Source: Gemmatimonadota bacterium
Lineage (GTDB): Bacteria; Gemmatimonadota; Gemmatimonadetes; Gemmatimonadales; GWC2-71-9
Reading direction: 5' to 3'
Length of the DNA: 50,143 bases
Assembly (NCBI GenBank): GCA_039586365.1
Contig: JBDHKN010000022.1
Location: 1 to 50,143, forward strand
In this document: positions 18,110 to 27,317 of the stretch, one piece after another
Numbering within the stretch: position 1 is the stretch's first letter
How the letters are laid out: each line of letters begins with the position of its first letter
The notes under the pieces: model-generated
Seen by the model: only the letters and a program-made list of their open reading frames with translations
The model's database searches: none
What the model was told of the DNA's origin: nothing
Made by a program: the position numbers and the translations under genes

Positions 18110-19018
18110 ATGAAACGCTCAATGGCCCTTGTCGCAGTGGCGCTCACGGCGTCCTCCTTCGTCGCAGTCGTCCCGGCGGCGGCACAGGATACGAACCCCC
18201 TGTTCACCGAGCAGAAGGTGAAGAACTACCTACCCCACATGACCTGGCCTGAGGTTGAGGCAGCGTTACAGCGAACGGACGTGGCGCTGATCCCTGTTGG
18301 CTCCATCGAACAGCACGGGCGGCACCTGCCCCTGGGGACCGACAGCTATGCTGCGGTGGAAGCCTGCAAGCTCATAGCACAGAGAGCGGACGCCCTCGTC
18401 ACCCCCGTGGTGTTAGCCGGGATCTCGGCGCATCATCTGGGCTTCCCCGGCTCTTTGACCCTTTCCCCTGAGACGTTCGAGACGGTGATCTTCGAAACCG
18501 CCCAAGCTCTCATCCACCACGGTATCCGAAAAATCGCCATCTACAACGGCCATGGTGGCAACACCGCGTCGGTGGCCAACGTCATCACCCGCATCAACAA
18601 CTCCACTCCCGCCACAGCCGTGGATCTTGGCGAGCTCGAGCTGCCTTCCGTGGAATCGCCGTACTCGTCGCCGGATTTCGACTGGCACGCAGGTGTGGGA
18701 GAAACCTCCGGGATGCTCTATCTGACCCCGTCCCTGGTCCAGATGTCGGCGGTGGAGAACCCGGTTCTCACCTTCCCGCCGCTTGCTCGGGAGGCCCGGG
18801 AAACGATGTCCGGAGGCAACCTCGAACTCCTTCTGAGCGCCTACCTGTTCCGGCCAGAAGCCACGGGCAAACAAGCGGCCTCACATCAAATCTCCAGTAA
18901 CGGAGCGTTCACCACGGGAGATATTCACGCGGCGACGGCAGCCCAGGGACAGTTCCGCTACGAGCAGCTCGTAGAGGGAGCGGCTCAATTCATCAGGGAG
19001 TGGAACGGGAAGCGCTGA
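18110..19018 (+). CDS. Creatininase family amidohydrolase with N-terminal signal peptide
   Basis: RBS GAGGAG before ATG 18110. GSIEQHGRHLPLGTD, HHLGFPGSL, NGHGGN and HAGVGETS metal motifs. Signal MKRSMALVAVALTASSFVAVVPAAA-Q. Confidence 0.92.
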   Translation: MKRSMALVAVALTASSFVAVVPAAAQDTNPLFTEQKVKNYLPHMTWPEVEAALQRTDVALIPVGSIEQHGRHLPLGTDSYAAVEACKLIAQRADALVTPVVLAGISAHHLGFPGSLTLSPETFETVIFETAQALIHHGIRKIAIYNGHGGNTASVANVITRINNSTPATAVDLGELELPSVESPYSSPDFDWHAGVGETSGMLYLTPSLVQMSAVENPVLTFPPLAREARETMSGGNLELLLSAYLFRPEATGKQAASHQISSNGAFTTGDIHAATAAQGQFRYEQLVEGAAQFIREWNGKR

Positions 19019-19195
19019 GGAGCCAGCAGCATCGTTTCTGACCGGCCAAGCGCGCCACGACATGGTCCCCGCACCAGGCCCGGCTACCGGCAACGACCGC
19101 TCACCGTTGATAAAGCATCGGTAGATACGGCCATCGGCAAAGCCGGGCTCCCTCAGCCGGCGGCGCGCGAAACCTTCAGGCCGTTTTCGCGTATT

Positions 19196-19223
19196 AGTCT
19201 GTAAAGCAGACTTCTTCTACAGA
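19196..19223 (+). promoter_or_regulatory. Candidate operator palindromes upstream of second padR
   Basis: AGTCTG-N5-CAGACT (19196-19212) and TCTGTA-N14-TACAGA (19198-19223), in an AT-rich patch just before ATG 19232. Confidence 0.45.
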
Positions 19224-19231
19224 ACCGACAC

Positions 19232-19561
19232 ATGACACAACGACACGGTCTCATCGGCGAGTTCGAGCAGATGGTATTGCTTGCCATCCTGCAGCTGGGC
19301 ATGGCGGCCTACGGCCCCGACATCAGTGAAGAACTCGAACGGAAAGCCAACCGCAGGGTCTCCCGCGGCGCCCTCTATTCCAGCCTCGACAGGCTGCAGC
19401 AGAAGGGGTTCGTCCGGTGGGAGATCGAGGGCGCGACATCGGAGCGGGGAGGACACCCCAAGCGCCGTTTTGAGACAACACCAGCCGGGCTGAAGGCCCT
19501 GCGCGCAGCGCACCGAGCGCTTACCAACCTGACCGCAGGTCTCGAGGAGTTGCTGGGATGA
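19232..19561 (+). CDS. PadR family transcriptional regulator
   Basis: IGEFEQMVLLAIL, AYG, VSRGALYSSLDRLQQKG and RGGHPKRRF. ATGA overlap with the downstream permease. Confidence 0.92.
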   Translation: MTQRHGLIGEFEQMVLLAILQLGMAAYGPDISEELERKANRRVSRGALYSSLDRLQQKGFVRWEIEGATSERGGHPKRRFETTPAGLKALRAAHRALTNLTAGLEELLG

Positions 19562-22278
19562 GCGGACGCACCGATCGCACCCGACGTCCGCCTCGGATAG
19601 CGGAGGCGTTGCTTGGCGGTGTCCTGCCCGGGGACGACGCCGGCCACAGCGTCCTGGGCGACTTGCGCGAGGAGTTCGGCCGTCGGGCAGGCTCGGCGGG
19701 TGTGACCGCACGGCTGTGGTATTGGCGTGAGGCATTGGCAATCGCAGCCCACCATACAAAGAACAGGCTATCCCCCGTGGAGAGCCCCAAGGGCAGGGCA
19801 GGCAAACGACGAAGGAAGGGAGATGGACCGATGCGGAAGATCTGGGCGGACCTGCGATTCGGGACCAGGACTTTGAGCCGAACACCCGGCTTCACAACCA
19901 TAGCCGCGATCACGCTGGCGCTCGGCATCGGTGCGAATACAGCCATCTTCAGCGTGGTAGACAGCGTGCTACTCAACCCACTTCCCTACCCGGACGCTGA
20001 CCGCATAGTGGGAATCTGGCACGGGGCACCGGGACTCGGATACGACGAGTTCGGAATCTCACCGGGCATCTACATCCAGTATCTCGAGGACAACGACGTC
20101 TTCGAGAGCATCGCCATTTACCGGAGTTCTCAATTCAATCTCACCGACGACGGCGACCCGGAACGCATCACTGGGGCGATTGTCTCTCGCGGCACCGTCG
20201 AGGCACTCAAGATCGCACCCGTTCTGGGGAGGAACTTCGTGAACGAAGAGGATCTTCCCGACGGCCCACAGGCCGTGATCATCGGTCACGAGCTGTGGAC
20301 CCGACGATTCGCCGCCGACCCGGGGCTGGTGGGGCGATCCATTCAGTTGAACGGCGAGTCGTACGAAGTCGTCGGTATCCTACCCGAGGGAATTGCCTTC
20401 CCACAGGATGAGACCAGCATCTGGATACCGGCACGCATCGATCCGGCGCGGGCTCAGCCCGGCACCTTTGGATGGAATTCAATCGCGCGCCTCGAGGCGG
20501 GTGTGAGCATTGGCCAGGCACAGGCACAGCTCGCCTCGTTCGTCGCCCAGATGCCTGAGACATATGCCGACATACCTCAACTGGTGGCCTTCCTCGAGCA
20601 GGGGCAATTCAGGGTATCCGTGCACTCGCTCAAGGAAGACGTGGTCAGCGACGTCCAACGCCCGCTCTGGATCCTGCTCGGCACCGTTGGTTTCGTACTG
20701 CTGATCGCGTGCGCCAACGTGGCAAACCTGTTTCTGGTCCGCGCTGAGGGCAGGCGCAGGGAGTCCGCCGTCCGTGCGGCACTCGGTGCTGATCGCTGGG
20801 TCCTGGCGCGCCAGTATTTGTCGGAGAGCGTCCTACTCGCGACGTTGGGAGGACTCCTCGGTCTGTTACTCGCTTGGGTGGGAGTCACGGCCCTCATACG
20901 AATCGCCCCAAGCAACCTGCCGCGACTCGATGAGCTAGGAATCGACGGGTCGGTGCTCGGTTTCACCGCATGTATCACGCTGCTTTCAGCCCTGTTGTTC
21001 GGTCTGGCTCCCGCGCTTAAGCGAGTCTCACCGGCAATGGTGGGTTCACTGATTCAGAGCGGCACTCGCAGCTCCACCGGGCGCGATCGCCGCATAGCGC
21101 GGAACGCACTGGTGGTGATGCAAACGGCCATGGCTCTGGTCTTGCTTATCGGCTCAGGGCTCTTGGTACGGAGCTTCTGGCAGATTCGAAATATCAATCC
21201 CGGGTTCGACGCTCGAGATATACTGACCTTCCGCATCTCACTAGCCAACGCAGAGTATCCAGAACCGAACCAGGTAGCGGCCTTCCATCAACAACTGCTT
21301 GAGCGCATCCGCGGCTTGCCAGGCGTGGTGGCTGCAGGAGCGGTGGAGGCTCTCCCGCTCGGCGAGTATCGCCGCGGCACGGCGTTCTACGTGGAGGACC
21401 GACCCACCGCCGAAACCGAGCTGCCCCCGATATTCTGGTTCTCGGCCGCGACTCCGGGGTACTTCGAAACCATGCGGATCCCACTCCGCACCGGGCGTAC
21501 CTTCGACCGCAGAGATCACGAGTCAGAACTGGGCAACCTCATCGTCAGCGCCGCGCTAGCCGAGCGCCTGTGGCCAGGCGAAGACCCGCTGGGGAAACGC
21601 CTCCGTTTCGCGTCAGACTCGACTCCCTGGATGACCATAGTTGGGATTGCGGAGAGTGTGCGGGGCCACGGACTCAGACAGGACCCGCTCGAGATGATCT
21701 ACTATCCAATGGTTGGGCCCAGGGCTGACGATTGGGATGCCAGATCACTGACCTATGCGGTGCGCGCCCAGAACCCCCTGTCGCTCGTGCCCGCTGTGCG
21801 CGCGGCGACAGCAGAATTGGACGCGAATCTACCCATTGCCCAGGTGGAGTCGATGGAGCGGATCTTGGCCCGCTCCGAGGCGCGACTCTCGTTCACCATG
21901 CAGGCGCTCGCCATCGCTGCCGCCATGGCTCTCATCCTGGGCGCCATCGGGCTATACGGTGTCCTGTCGTACGTGGTGAGCCAGCGAACCCAGGAGATTG
22001 GTGTGCGCCTCGCCCTTGGCGCCGAGCCCGGCACGGTTCAGAAGATGGTGGTGCTACAGGGAACCAGGATAGCCAGTGCGGGCATAGTGATTGGCGTCGC
22101 CGGTGCGGTCGGGCTCACACGATTCCTGCAAGGTCTGCTCTACGACACCGAGCCACTCGATCCAGTGGCGTTCGTGGCAACGTCGGCCTTGCTGCTCTGC
22201 GTTGGGTTGCTGGCTAGCTACGTCCCGGCGAGGCGGGCGTCTCTGGTGGATCCGATGAAGTCGCTGAGGATGGACTGA
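19558..22278 (+). CDS. ABC transporter permease, duplicated MacB_PCD/FtsX (ADOP-type orphan permease) with N-terminal prefix domain
   Basis: Prefix PPRIAEALL...GDLREEF. Core DLRFGTRTLSRTPGFTTIAAITLALGIGANTAIFSVV, LLIACANVANL, EIGVRLALGA, PARRASLVDP. No ATPase domain. Confidence 0.93.
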   Translation: MSGRTDRTRRPPRIAEALLGGVLPGDDAGHSVLGDLREEFGRRAGSAGVTARLWYWREALAIAAHHTKNRLSPVESPKGRAGKRRRKGDGPMRKIWADLRFGTRTLSRTPGFTTIAAITLALGIGANTAIFSVVDSVLLNPLPYPDADRIVGIWHGAPGLGYDEFGISPGIYIQYLEDNDVFESIAIYRSSQFNLTDDGDPERITGAIVSRGTVEALKIAPVLGRNFVNEEDLPDGPQAVIIGHELWTRRFAADPGLVGRSIQLNGESYEVVGILPEGIAFPQDETSIWIPARIDPARAQPGTFGWNSIARLEAGVSIGQAQAQLASFVAQMPETYADIPQLVAFLEQGQFRVSVHSLKEDVVSDVQRPLWILLGTVGFVLLIACANVANLFLVRAEGRRRESAVRAALGADRWVLARQYLSESVLLATLGGLLGLLLAWVGVTALIRIAPSNLPRLDELGIDGSVLGFTACITLLSALLFGLAPALKRVSPAMVGSLIQSGTRSSTGRDRRIARNALVVMQTAMALVLLIGSGLLVRSFWQIRNINPGFDARDILTFRISLANAEYPEPNQVAAFHQQLLERIRGLPGVVAAGAVEALPLGEYRRGTAFYVEDRPTAETELPPIFWFSAATPGYFETMRIPLRTGRTFDRRDHESELGNLIVSAALAERLWPGEDPLGKRLRFASDSTPWMTIVGIAESVRGHGLRQDPLEMIYYPMVGPRADDWDARSLTYAVRAQNPLSLVPAVRAATAELDANLPIAQVESMERILARSEARLSFTMQALAIAAAMALILGAIGLYGVLSYVVSQRTQEIGVRLALGAEPGTVQKMVVLQGTRIASAGIVIGVAGAVGLTRFLQGLLYDTEPLDPVAFVATSALLLCVGLLASYVPARRASLVDPMKSLRMD

Positions 22279-22317
22279 CGATTGACGAGTGACGAGTGAC
22301 GAGTGACGAGTGACGAC
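22276..22317 (+). repeat. 7-bp tandem array TGACGAN, 6 units
   Basis: tgacgat tgacgag tgacgag tgacgag tgacgag tgacgac. The first TGA is the permease stop codon. Confidence 0.9.
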
Positions 22318-22497
22318 CCTAACCAGGGGCCTCGGCACCGCGACTCGCAACCGCAACCTTACATTCCCGTTTCGATCCTCTAGGTTATCTGCGGCTGTAG
22401 TAGGAGCGGTAACCTCTCGCCGCAACGACTGCCATCGCTGGTCGCTTCAAAGGACGGCCCACGCGACGCAAGCTGCAGACACTGGAGGAGACAATCC

Positions 22498-24198
22498 ATG
22501 AAACAGACCCGATTCCTGGCACCGATCGCTGCGCTCATTCTGTTCTGCTGCAGCGCGGTGGCTGCCCAGCAGAAGATCTACTGGGGCAACGAAGTGCCGG
22601 AGGGCTGGAACGGGGAGTGGCCAGCCGAGCTGCAGACCGTGGCCGAACAGACCAACTTCACGAGAACGATGTCGATCGAGGACCTCCACGAGTTCATCGA
22701 CGCCATCAAGTGGAAGAGCGAGCACGTCCACGTGTTCGATCTCTTCACCACGACACTCGGAAGAATCTCGCCGGCCATAGTGTTGGCGAATCCGCGAGTG
22801 ACCTCTCCGGAGCAGGCCGACAGTTCGGGCAAGCCGGTCGTCTATCTGCAGGGGAAGATCCATCCTCCCGAACCGGAAGGCGCAGAAGCGATGTTGATGT
22901 TGCTGCGGGATATTCTGTTCGGCAACCGCAAGCACCTGCTGGACAACCAGATCATCATCATGACGCCGATCTTTAACGCTGACGGTACCGGGACCCTCAG
23001 CACCAGGGACCGGGCGCCATTCGTGGGTGGACAGCGCACCAATGCTACCGGCTTCGACATCAATCGTGATGCGGTGAAGCTCCAGACCGTGGAGATGAAC
23101 GGCCTGTTCCAGAGGCTGCTCAATCCGTGGGACCCGATCCTGCTATACGACTCGCACAGGATGGGTCGGGGGAATTTCGCCTACAGTATCGCCTACGTGA
23201 ACTGCACGGTGCCCGCCGCGCATCCGGGGCCCCGCCAATACGTGCGGGACAACCTCTTCCCGGAAGTGCGAGATAGGGTTAGAGACGAGTTCGGGCTGGA
23301 GCCGTTCACCCACGCGCTGTGGCAGGGCGACGAGTGGCCCCCCAAGGTGTGGCATCACGATGCGACGATCTGGAGTGTCGAGGCGAAGTTCCTGGCCAAC
23401 GCGTACGGCCTCCGGAACCGGATGTCGATTCTGGCCGAGACTCCGGGATCCGCGAGCTTCGAGCGACAGGTCTACAGCCAGTATGCGTACATCACATCGC
23501 TCGTGGAGTACACCAACGCGCACGGCGCCGAGATGCAGCGGGTAGCCGAGGAGGCAGACGACGAAACAGTGCAGCGGGTCCTCAACGGGGCCGAAGCGGG
23601 CACACTCCGGAACTGGCTGGACGGCGAGTACCAGTCGCGTGGCACGATCGACATCCTGGCCTATCGGGACGGCTTCCCAGAGGTCGAGACCGCCTATCTG
23701 CCAGGCACCAGCATCAGGGCCCACGTCCGGCCCAGCGGCCCGCCCGAGGTCGTGAGCGGCGTCGAAGACATGACGAGGCCGGTTGGTACTGCAGACGCCT
23801 GGATGCCGCGGGGCTATTTGATACCAGCAGAGCTGGAGTTCCTGGTCGCCAAACTGAAAACCCAGAACATCGCTGTCGTCGCACTCGAGGAACCAATGAA
23901 AGCGGAAGGCGAGGAATTCGTTATCGATCGGATGCTCAAGGTCGAGAGTGGCGGCTATGAAATGACGGTGCTGGAGGGCGGGTTCTACGGTCCGTCCGTC
24001 CGGGAGTTCCCAACCGGGACGTACTTCGTCGACCTGGCACAGCCGATGGCGAACGCGGCGTTCTATTTCCTGGAACCGCAATCCAGGGACGGCTTTGTCG
24101 GCTGGGGCGTGTTGGACGAGACGTTGCGGACCCTGGGCGCCGAAGAACGCCCCATCGTGTATCCGATATTCAAGTACCGGAGGACGACTGACGATTGA
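22498..24198 (+). CDS. M14 family zinc metallopeptidase, exported
   Basis: RBS GGAGGAG, signal peptide, KIHPPE (HxxE), PIFNADG, DINRD, YDSH, NRMSILAET and C-terminal QPMANAAFYFLEPQSRDG. Confidence 0.88.
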   Translation: MKQTRFLAPIAALILFCCSAVAAQQKIYWGNEVPEGWNGEWPAELQTVAEQTNFTRTMSIEDLHEFIDAIKWKSEHVHVFDLFTTTLGRISPAIVLANPRVTSPEQADSSGKPVVYLQGKIHPPEPEGAEAMLMLLRDILFGNRKHLLDNQIIIMTPIFNADGTGTLSTRDRAPFVGGQRTNATGFDINRDAVKLQTVEMNGLFQRLLNPWDPILLYDSHRMGRGNFAYSIAYVNCTVPAAHPGPRQYVRDNLFPEVRDRVRDEFGLEPFTHALWQGDEWPPKVWHHDATIWSVEAKFLANAYGLRNRMSILAETPGSASFERQVYSQYAYITSLVEYTNAHGAEMQRVAEEADDETVQRVLNGAEAGTLRNWLDGEYQSRGTIDILAYRDGFPEVETAYLPGTSIRAHVRPSGPPEVVSGVEDMTRPVGTADAWMPRGYLIPAELEFLVAKLKTQNIAVVALEEPMKAEGEEFVIDRMLKVESGGYEMTVLEGGFYGPSVREFPTGTYFVDLAQPMANAAFYFLEPQSRDGFVGWGVLDETLRTLGAEERPIVYPIFKYRRTTDD

Positions 24199-24244
24199 CG
24201 ATTGACGACTGACGATTGACGAGTGGCGATTGACGATTGACGAG
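24182..24244 (+). repeat. 7-bp tandem array TGACGAN, about 9 units
   Basis: ggacgac tgacgat tgacgat tgacgac tgacgat tgacgag tggcgat tgacgat tgacgag. Contains the M14 stop at 24196-24198. Confidence 0.9.
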
Positions 24245-24394
24245 AGTGGTAGGAGTCACACGACGGCGCTCTCATCGACGGGGAAACCAGATGATCGGCC
24301 GAGTGCAGCATCGCCAATGCCGGGCGGCAGCCCGGGGACCTACAGTGGTGACCGGAGATCGCTAACCCCGGCAGCCCGGGGACCGGCAACGGCG

Positions 24395-27091
24395 CTAGAA
24401 CTCCGCCCGCACCATGCCCGTCACGAGACGTCCGATCTCGGGAGCACCGATGAACTCCCGATGCCGATTGTCCAGCACATTGAGCGCGTTCACTGTCACC
24501 GTGACCGCGGGAGCGAATGGGAGGCGATACCCGACCGTCGCATCGACCACGGAGTACGCCTCGACGTTTCCCACATACACGCCGCTGCTCAGGGGGTACG
24601 CTCCTACCCAGCGGCCGCGCACTTCTGCGTTGACACCCAAGACATCGTCCCGATAGAGAGCGGAAAACGTGCCCTTGTTGGCAGGGGCATTCAGCGGCAG
24701 CGTGTCGGGCTCGCCAACCGCGTTCACCACGGGGAACAGGTCGCGACTGGCCCACGAATAGGAACCCTGCACACTGAGTGAGCGGCTGAGCATCGCGCCG
24801 AGCTCCAGATCAGCGCCCCAGTACCCAACCTTGCCGAAGTTGCGATAGGTCACCAGCACATCCCACGGATCGCGCGCCTCCTGGGGCGTCACGGTTCCGG
24901 CCGGAACCATCGCTATTATCTCGGCCAGGTCTGCGGCCGTGTCAGCCGGCATAAACCCCTCGAAGTAGTCGGTGAGCATCGCCTGATCGAAGAACACATT
25001 CGGTGTCTCGACCCGCTCGGCGGCTATGAAGTCGTTCTTCCAAACCCGGTACACGTCAACGCCGAGACTCACGCGATCCCACAGCACCGCCTTGTACCCG
25101 AGTTCGAGCACGTCGTCGATCGTCGGGCCGATCGGCGGGATGTCGGCGACACCGCTCACCGGGACGAACCGGCCCGAGCCCATATCGAGCATCATGAGCA
25201 CGGTGCCGACCTGCGCAGCGTTTGGAGCCTGGATCTCCGAGATATCGATGCCACGGCCCAGCAGCGTATCCACGAGCACCGGCCACAGCAGTGTCACATC
25301 CAACGGGAGGTAGGTGTTCTCATCCCCGAGGTCGGTTGGTGTGTACGGCGAGCGCATGCAGAGCCCGCCACCGCAGTCCCTGCGGTAATTGAAGCCCGTG
25401 CTCGGGACGCCTACCAGCCGGATTGGGATGTCAATTGGCAACAAAGGCGACGAGATGGCGTCACCGAACAGGTCGAGAAAGAGGTTATTCGTGCTCGGCG
25501 TACTGAACGCCCGGTTGTAGGTGAATCGCACCGTCTGATCCCGACCGGGCTGCGCGACCAGCGCGACTCGCGGAGAGACCACTGGGTTCTCCAGCCGGTT
25601 GTGGTAATCCACCCGCGCGGCCGTGACGAGCCGCAGATTGGGGAACAGCTCAACCTCCGAGTGTAGATAAGCACCGACCTCGTTGATAGCGTCGTCCTCC
25701 TCGTTGCGCCCTGTGATCGTGCCGTCGGTGCGCGGCACCGTGCGTTGCAGGTCGATCCCATAGGTGAGATTCACGCTTGGGTTCAGCAAGCTACCGTGCT
25801 GAATCTGCGCAACCAGCAGCTGCGAACGGTCGGTGATAGCATCACCGGTGCGGAGCAGGTAGGTACTACCGGAGTTACTGGTGTTGAAGAAGACCTGTCC
25901 GAAGAGGCGGCCGTGGTTGAGCCGGCTCTGCAGGTAGTAGTAGCGCCAGTTATCGACCTGCGCGGCGCCGAGGGGCGTGAGGTCTAGATTGCCAAGTGCA
26001 TCGTTAGCCCCTATCGACGTCGTCCACGCGGTGCCATCGTTCGGCCGCCAATCCAGTCGCAGCTCGCCACTCAACCGCTCGACCGTCTCATCCCGTCGGC
26101 CGATGCGCAGCGTATCGGGGGCCGCGCCGGCGGCGATCGCAGCTGCGCGGTTCGCTTGCTCCCTGGGGTCCTCATAGCTCCAGTCGTTACCACGCATGTA
26201 CTGGCCGGAGAGCTTGATGCCGAGTCGGTCGCCGATCGTGCCGGCGTGGCGGAACTGAGCGTGCAGCAGCGATCGCTCTCCGCCTGCGAGCGAGACGGTC
26301 GTACCGGGAGCATCGAACGGGGAGCGGGTGATGATGTGGAGCACACCGTCGGTGGCATTGGGCCCGTACAGTGCCGCTCCCGGCCCGCGCACGACCTCGA
26401 TCCGTTCCACGTCCTCATTGGTGAGCGGGATGAAGTTGTACACGTTGATGCGAAGCGATGGGACGGACGCGTAGCGGTTGTCAGTGAGCACGAGCAACGC
26501 CCCTGACGAGACGTTGTTGAAGCCACGCGTCACGACCTCGGCCTGCGTCAGGCCGGTGTTCGCCACAACTATGCCGGTGACACTGGACACGTGATCGATG
26601 GGGGTCGCCGCCGGACGCGCTGCGATTGCCCGAGTGTCCACAACCGTGACGGAGGCCGGCGCATCCAAGGCCTTCTCTTCCCTGCGGGACGCCGACGCGA
26701 CGACAGGGTTGATGACAAACGCCTGCTGTACCAGACGCACCGTCAAGGTGACCGTGCTTCCGGCGGCGACGGACAAGGCCTCCCTCCGGTCCGGGCGGTA
26801 GCCCAGGCGGGCGAACAGCAGCGTGTAGTTGCCGGCGGGAATGTTGAGCGCAAACCGGCCCATGCGGTCCGTATCCGTCGTGGCGATCACGGTTCCGTCG
26901 CGGGTCGCCTCAACACGCGCGCGCTCAACCGGCACGCCGCTGAGCGAGTCCACGACGGTGCCGCTGATCTCCGCCTGTTGCGCCCTTGCCGGAGACACGA
27001 GACAAAGCAGCATATAGATTGTGACGCAGCCGAGTCGGACGCAGTGCCACGAAATGCCGCTGGAATGCGGAATCATTGCAACCATCCTCAT
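24395..27091 (-). CDS. TonB-dependent outer-membrane receptor with N-terminal carboxypeptidase-regulatory-like domain
   Basis: Signal ending SPARA-QQ, ISGTVVDS...TDRMGRF N-domain, plug motif ERIEVVRGPGAALYGPNATDGVLHIIT, beta-barrel ending in terminal Phe (VRAEF). Start uncertain (27091, 27085 or 27076). Confidence 0.92.
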   Translation of the reverse strand: MRMVAMIPHSSGISWHCVRLGCVTIYMLLCLVSPARAQQAEISGTVVDSLSGVPVERARVEATRDGTVIATTDTDRMGRFALNIPAGNYTLLFARLGYRPDRREALSVAAGSTVTLTVRLVQQAFVINPVVASASRREEKALDAPASVTVVDTRAIAARPAATPIDHVSSVTGIVVANTGLTQAEVVTRGFNNVSSGALLVLTDNRYASVPSLRINVYNFIPLTNEDVERIEVVRGPGAALYGPNATDGVLHIITRSPFDAPGTTVSLAGGERSLLHAQFRHAGTIGDRLGIKLSGQYMRGNDWSYEDPREQANRAAAIAAGAAPDTLRIGRRDETVERLSGELRLDWRPNDGTAWTTSIGANDALGNLDLTPLGAAQVDNWRYYYLQSRLNHGRLFGQVFFNTSNSGSTYLLRTGDAITDRSQLLVAQIQHGSLLNPSVNLTYGIDLQRTVPRTDGTITGRNEEDDAINEVGAYLHSEVELFPNLRLVTAARVDYHNRLENPVVSPRVALVAQPGRDQTVRFTYNRAFSTPSTNNLFLDLFGDAISSPLLPIDIPIRLVGVPSTGFNYRRDCGGGLCMRSPYTPTDLGDENTYLPLDVTLLWPVLVDTLLGRGIDISEIQAPNAAQVGTVLMMLDMGSGRFVPVSGVADIPPIGPTIDDVLELGYKAVLWDRVSLGVDVYRVWKNDFIAAERVETPNVFFDQAMLTDYFEGFMPADTAADLAEIIAMVPAGTVTPQEARDPWDVLVTYRNFGKVGYWGADLELGAMLSRSLSVQGSYSWASRDLFPVVNAVGEPDTLPLNAPANKGTFSALYRDDVLGVNAEVRGRWVGAYPLSSGVYVGNVEAYSVVDATVGYRLPFAPAVTVTVNALNVLDNRHREFIGAPEIGRLVTGMVRAEF

Positions 27092-27242
27092 ATGGCGGGC
27101 ATTAGAAACAACCAGCTCACTGCACGGCTGACGGCCGGTATCGTCGGAGGGCGTCCCATTGCGGGCGTCGCGGCGGGCGGGCGGATGAAGCCAACCGTTG
27201 GGCATCTCAAGTACCCAATATGCGATGACTGGCAGGTGTCAT

Positions 27243-27302
27243 CTAGAGGCGACAGCAGCCCACCACAGACCCATCGTCTACCCGATCTTCAAATACCGTC
27301 GG
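27243..27302 (+). pseudogene. Remnant 3' end of a paralogue of the M14 gene at 22498..24198
   Basis: 27267-27302 encodes RPIVYPIFKYRR, identical to the peptide encoded by 24148-24183, but 7 of 12 codons differ synonymously. Confidence 0.65.
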
Positions 27303-27317
27303 AAAGGTGGCAGCAAA

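Noticed and set aside
17779..18207. Long N-terminal ORF extensions (also 8761-8931, 30907-31263, 33454-33732)
   Set aside because: Downstream starts have a signal peptide and mostly an RBS. The extensions mostly overlap neighbouring genes and look non-coding.
18110..19018. Mycofactocin or RiPP cluster suggested by the creatininase/MftE fold
   Set aside because: No radical SAM enzyme, RRE protein or precursor peptide in the window.
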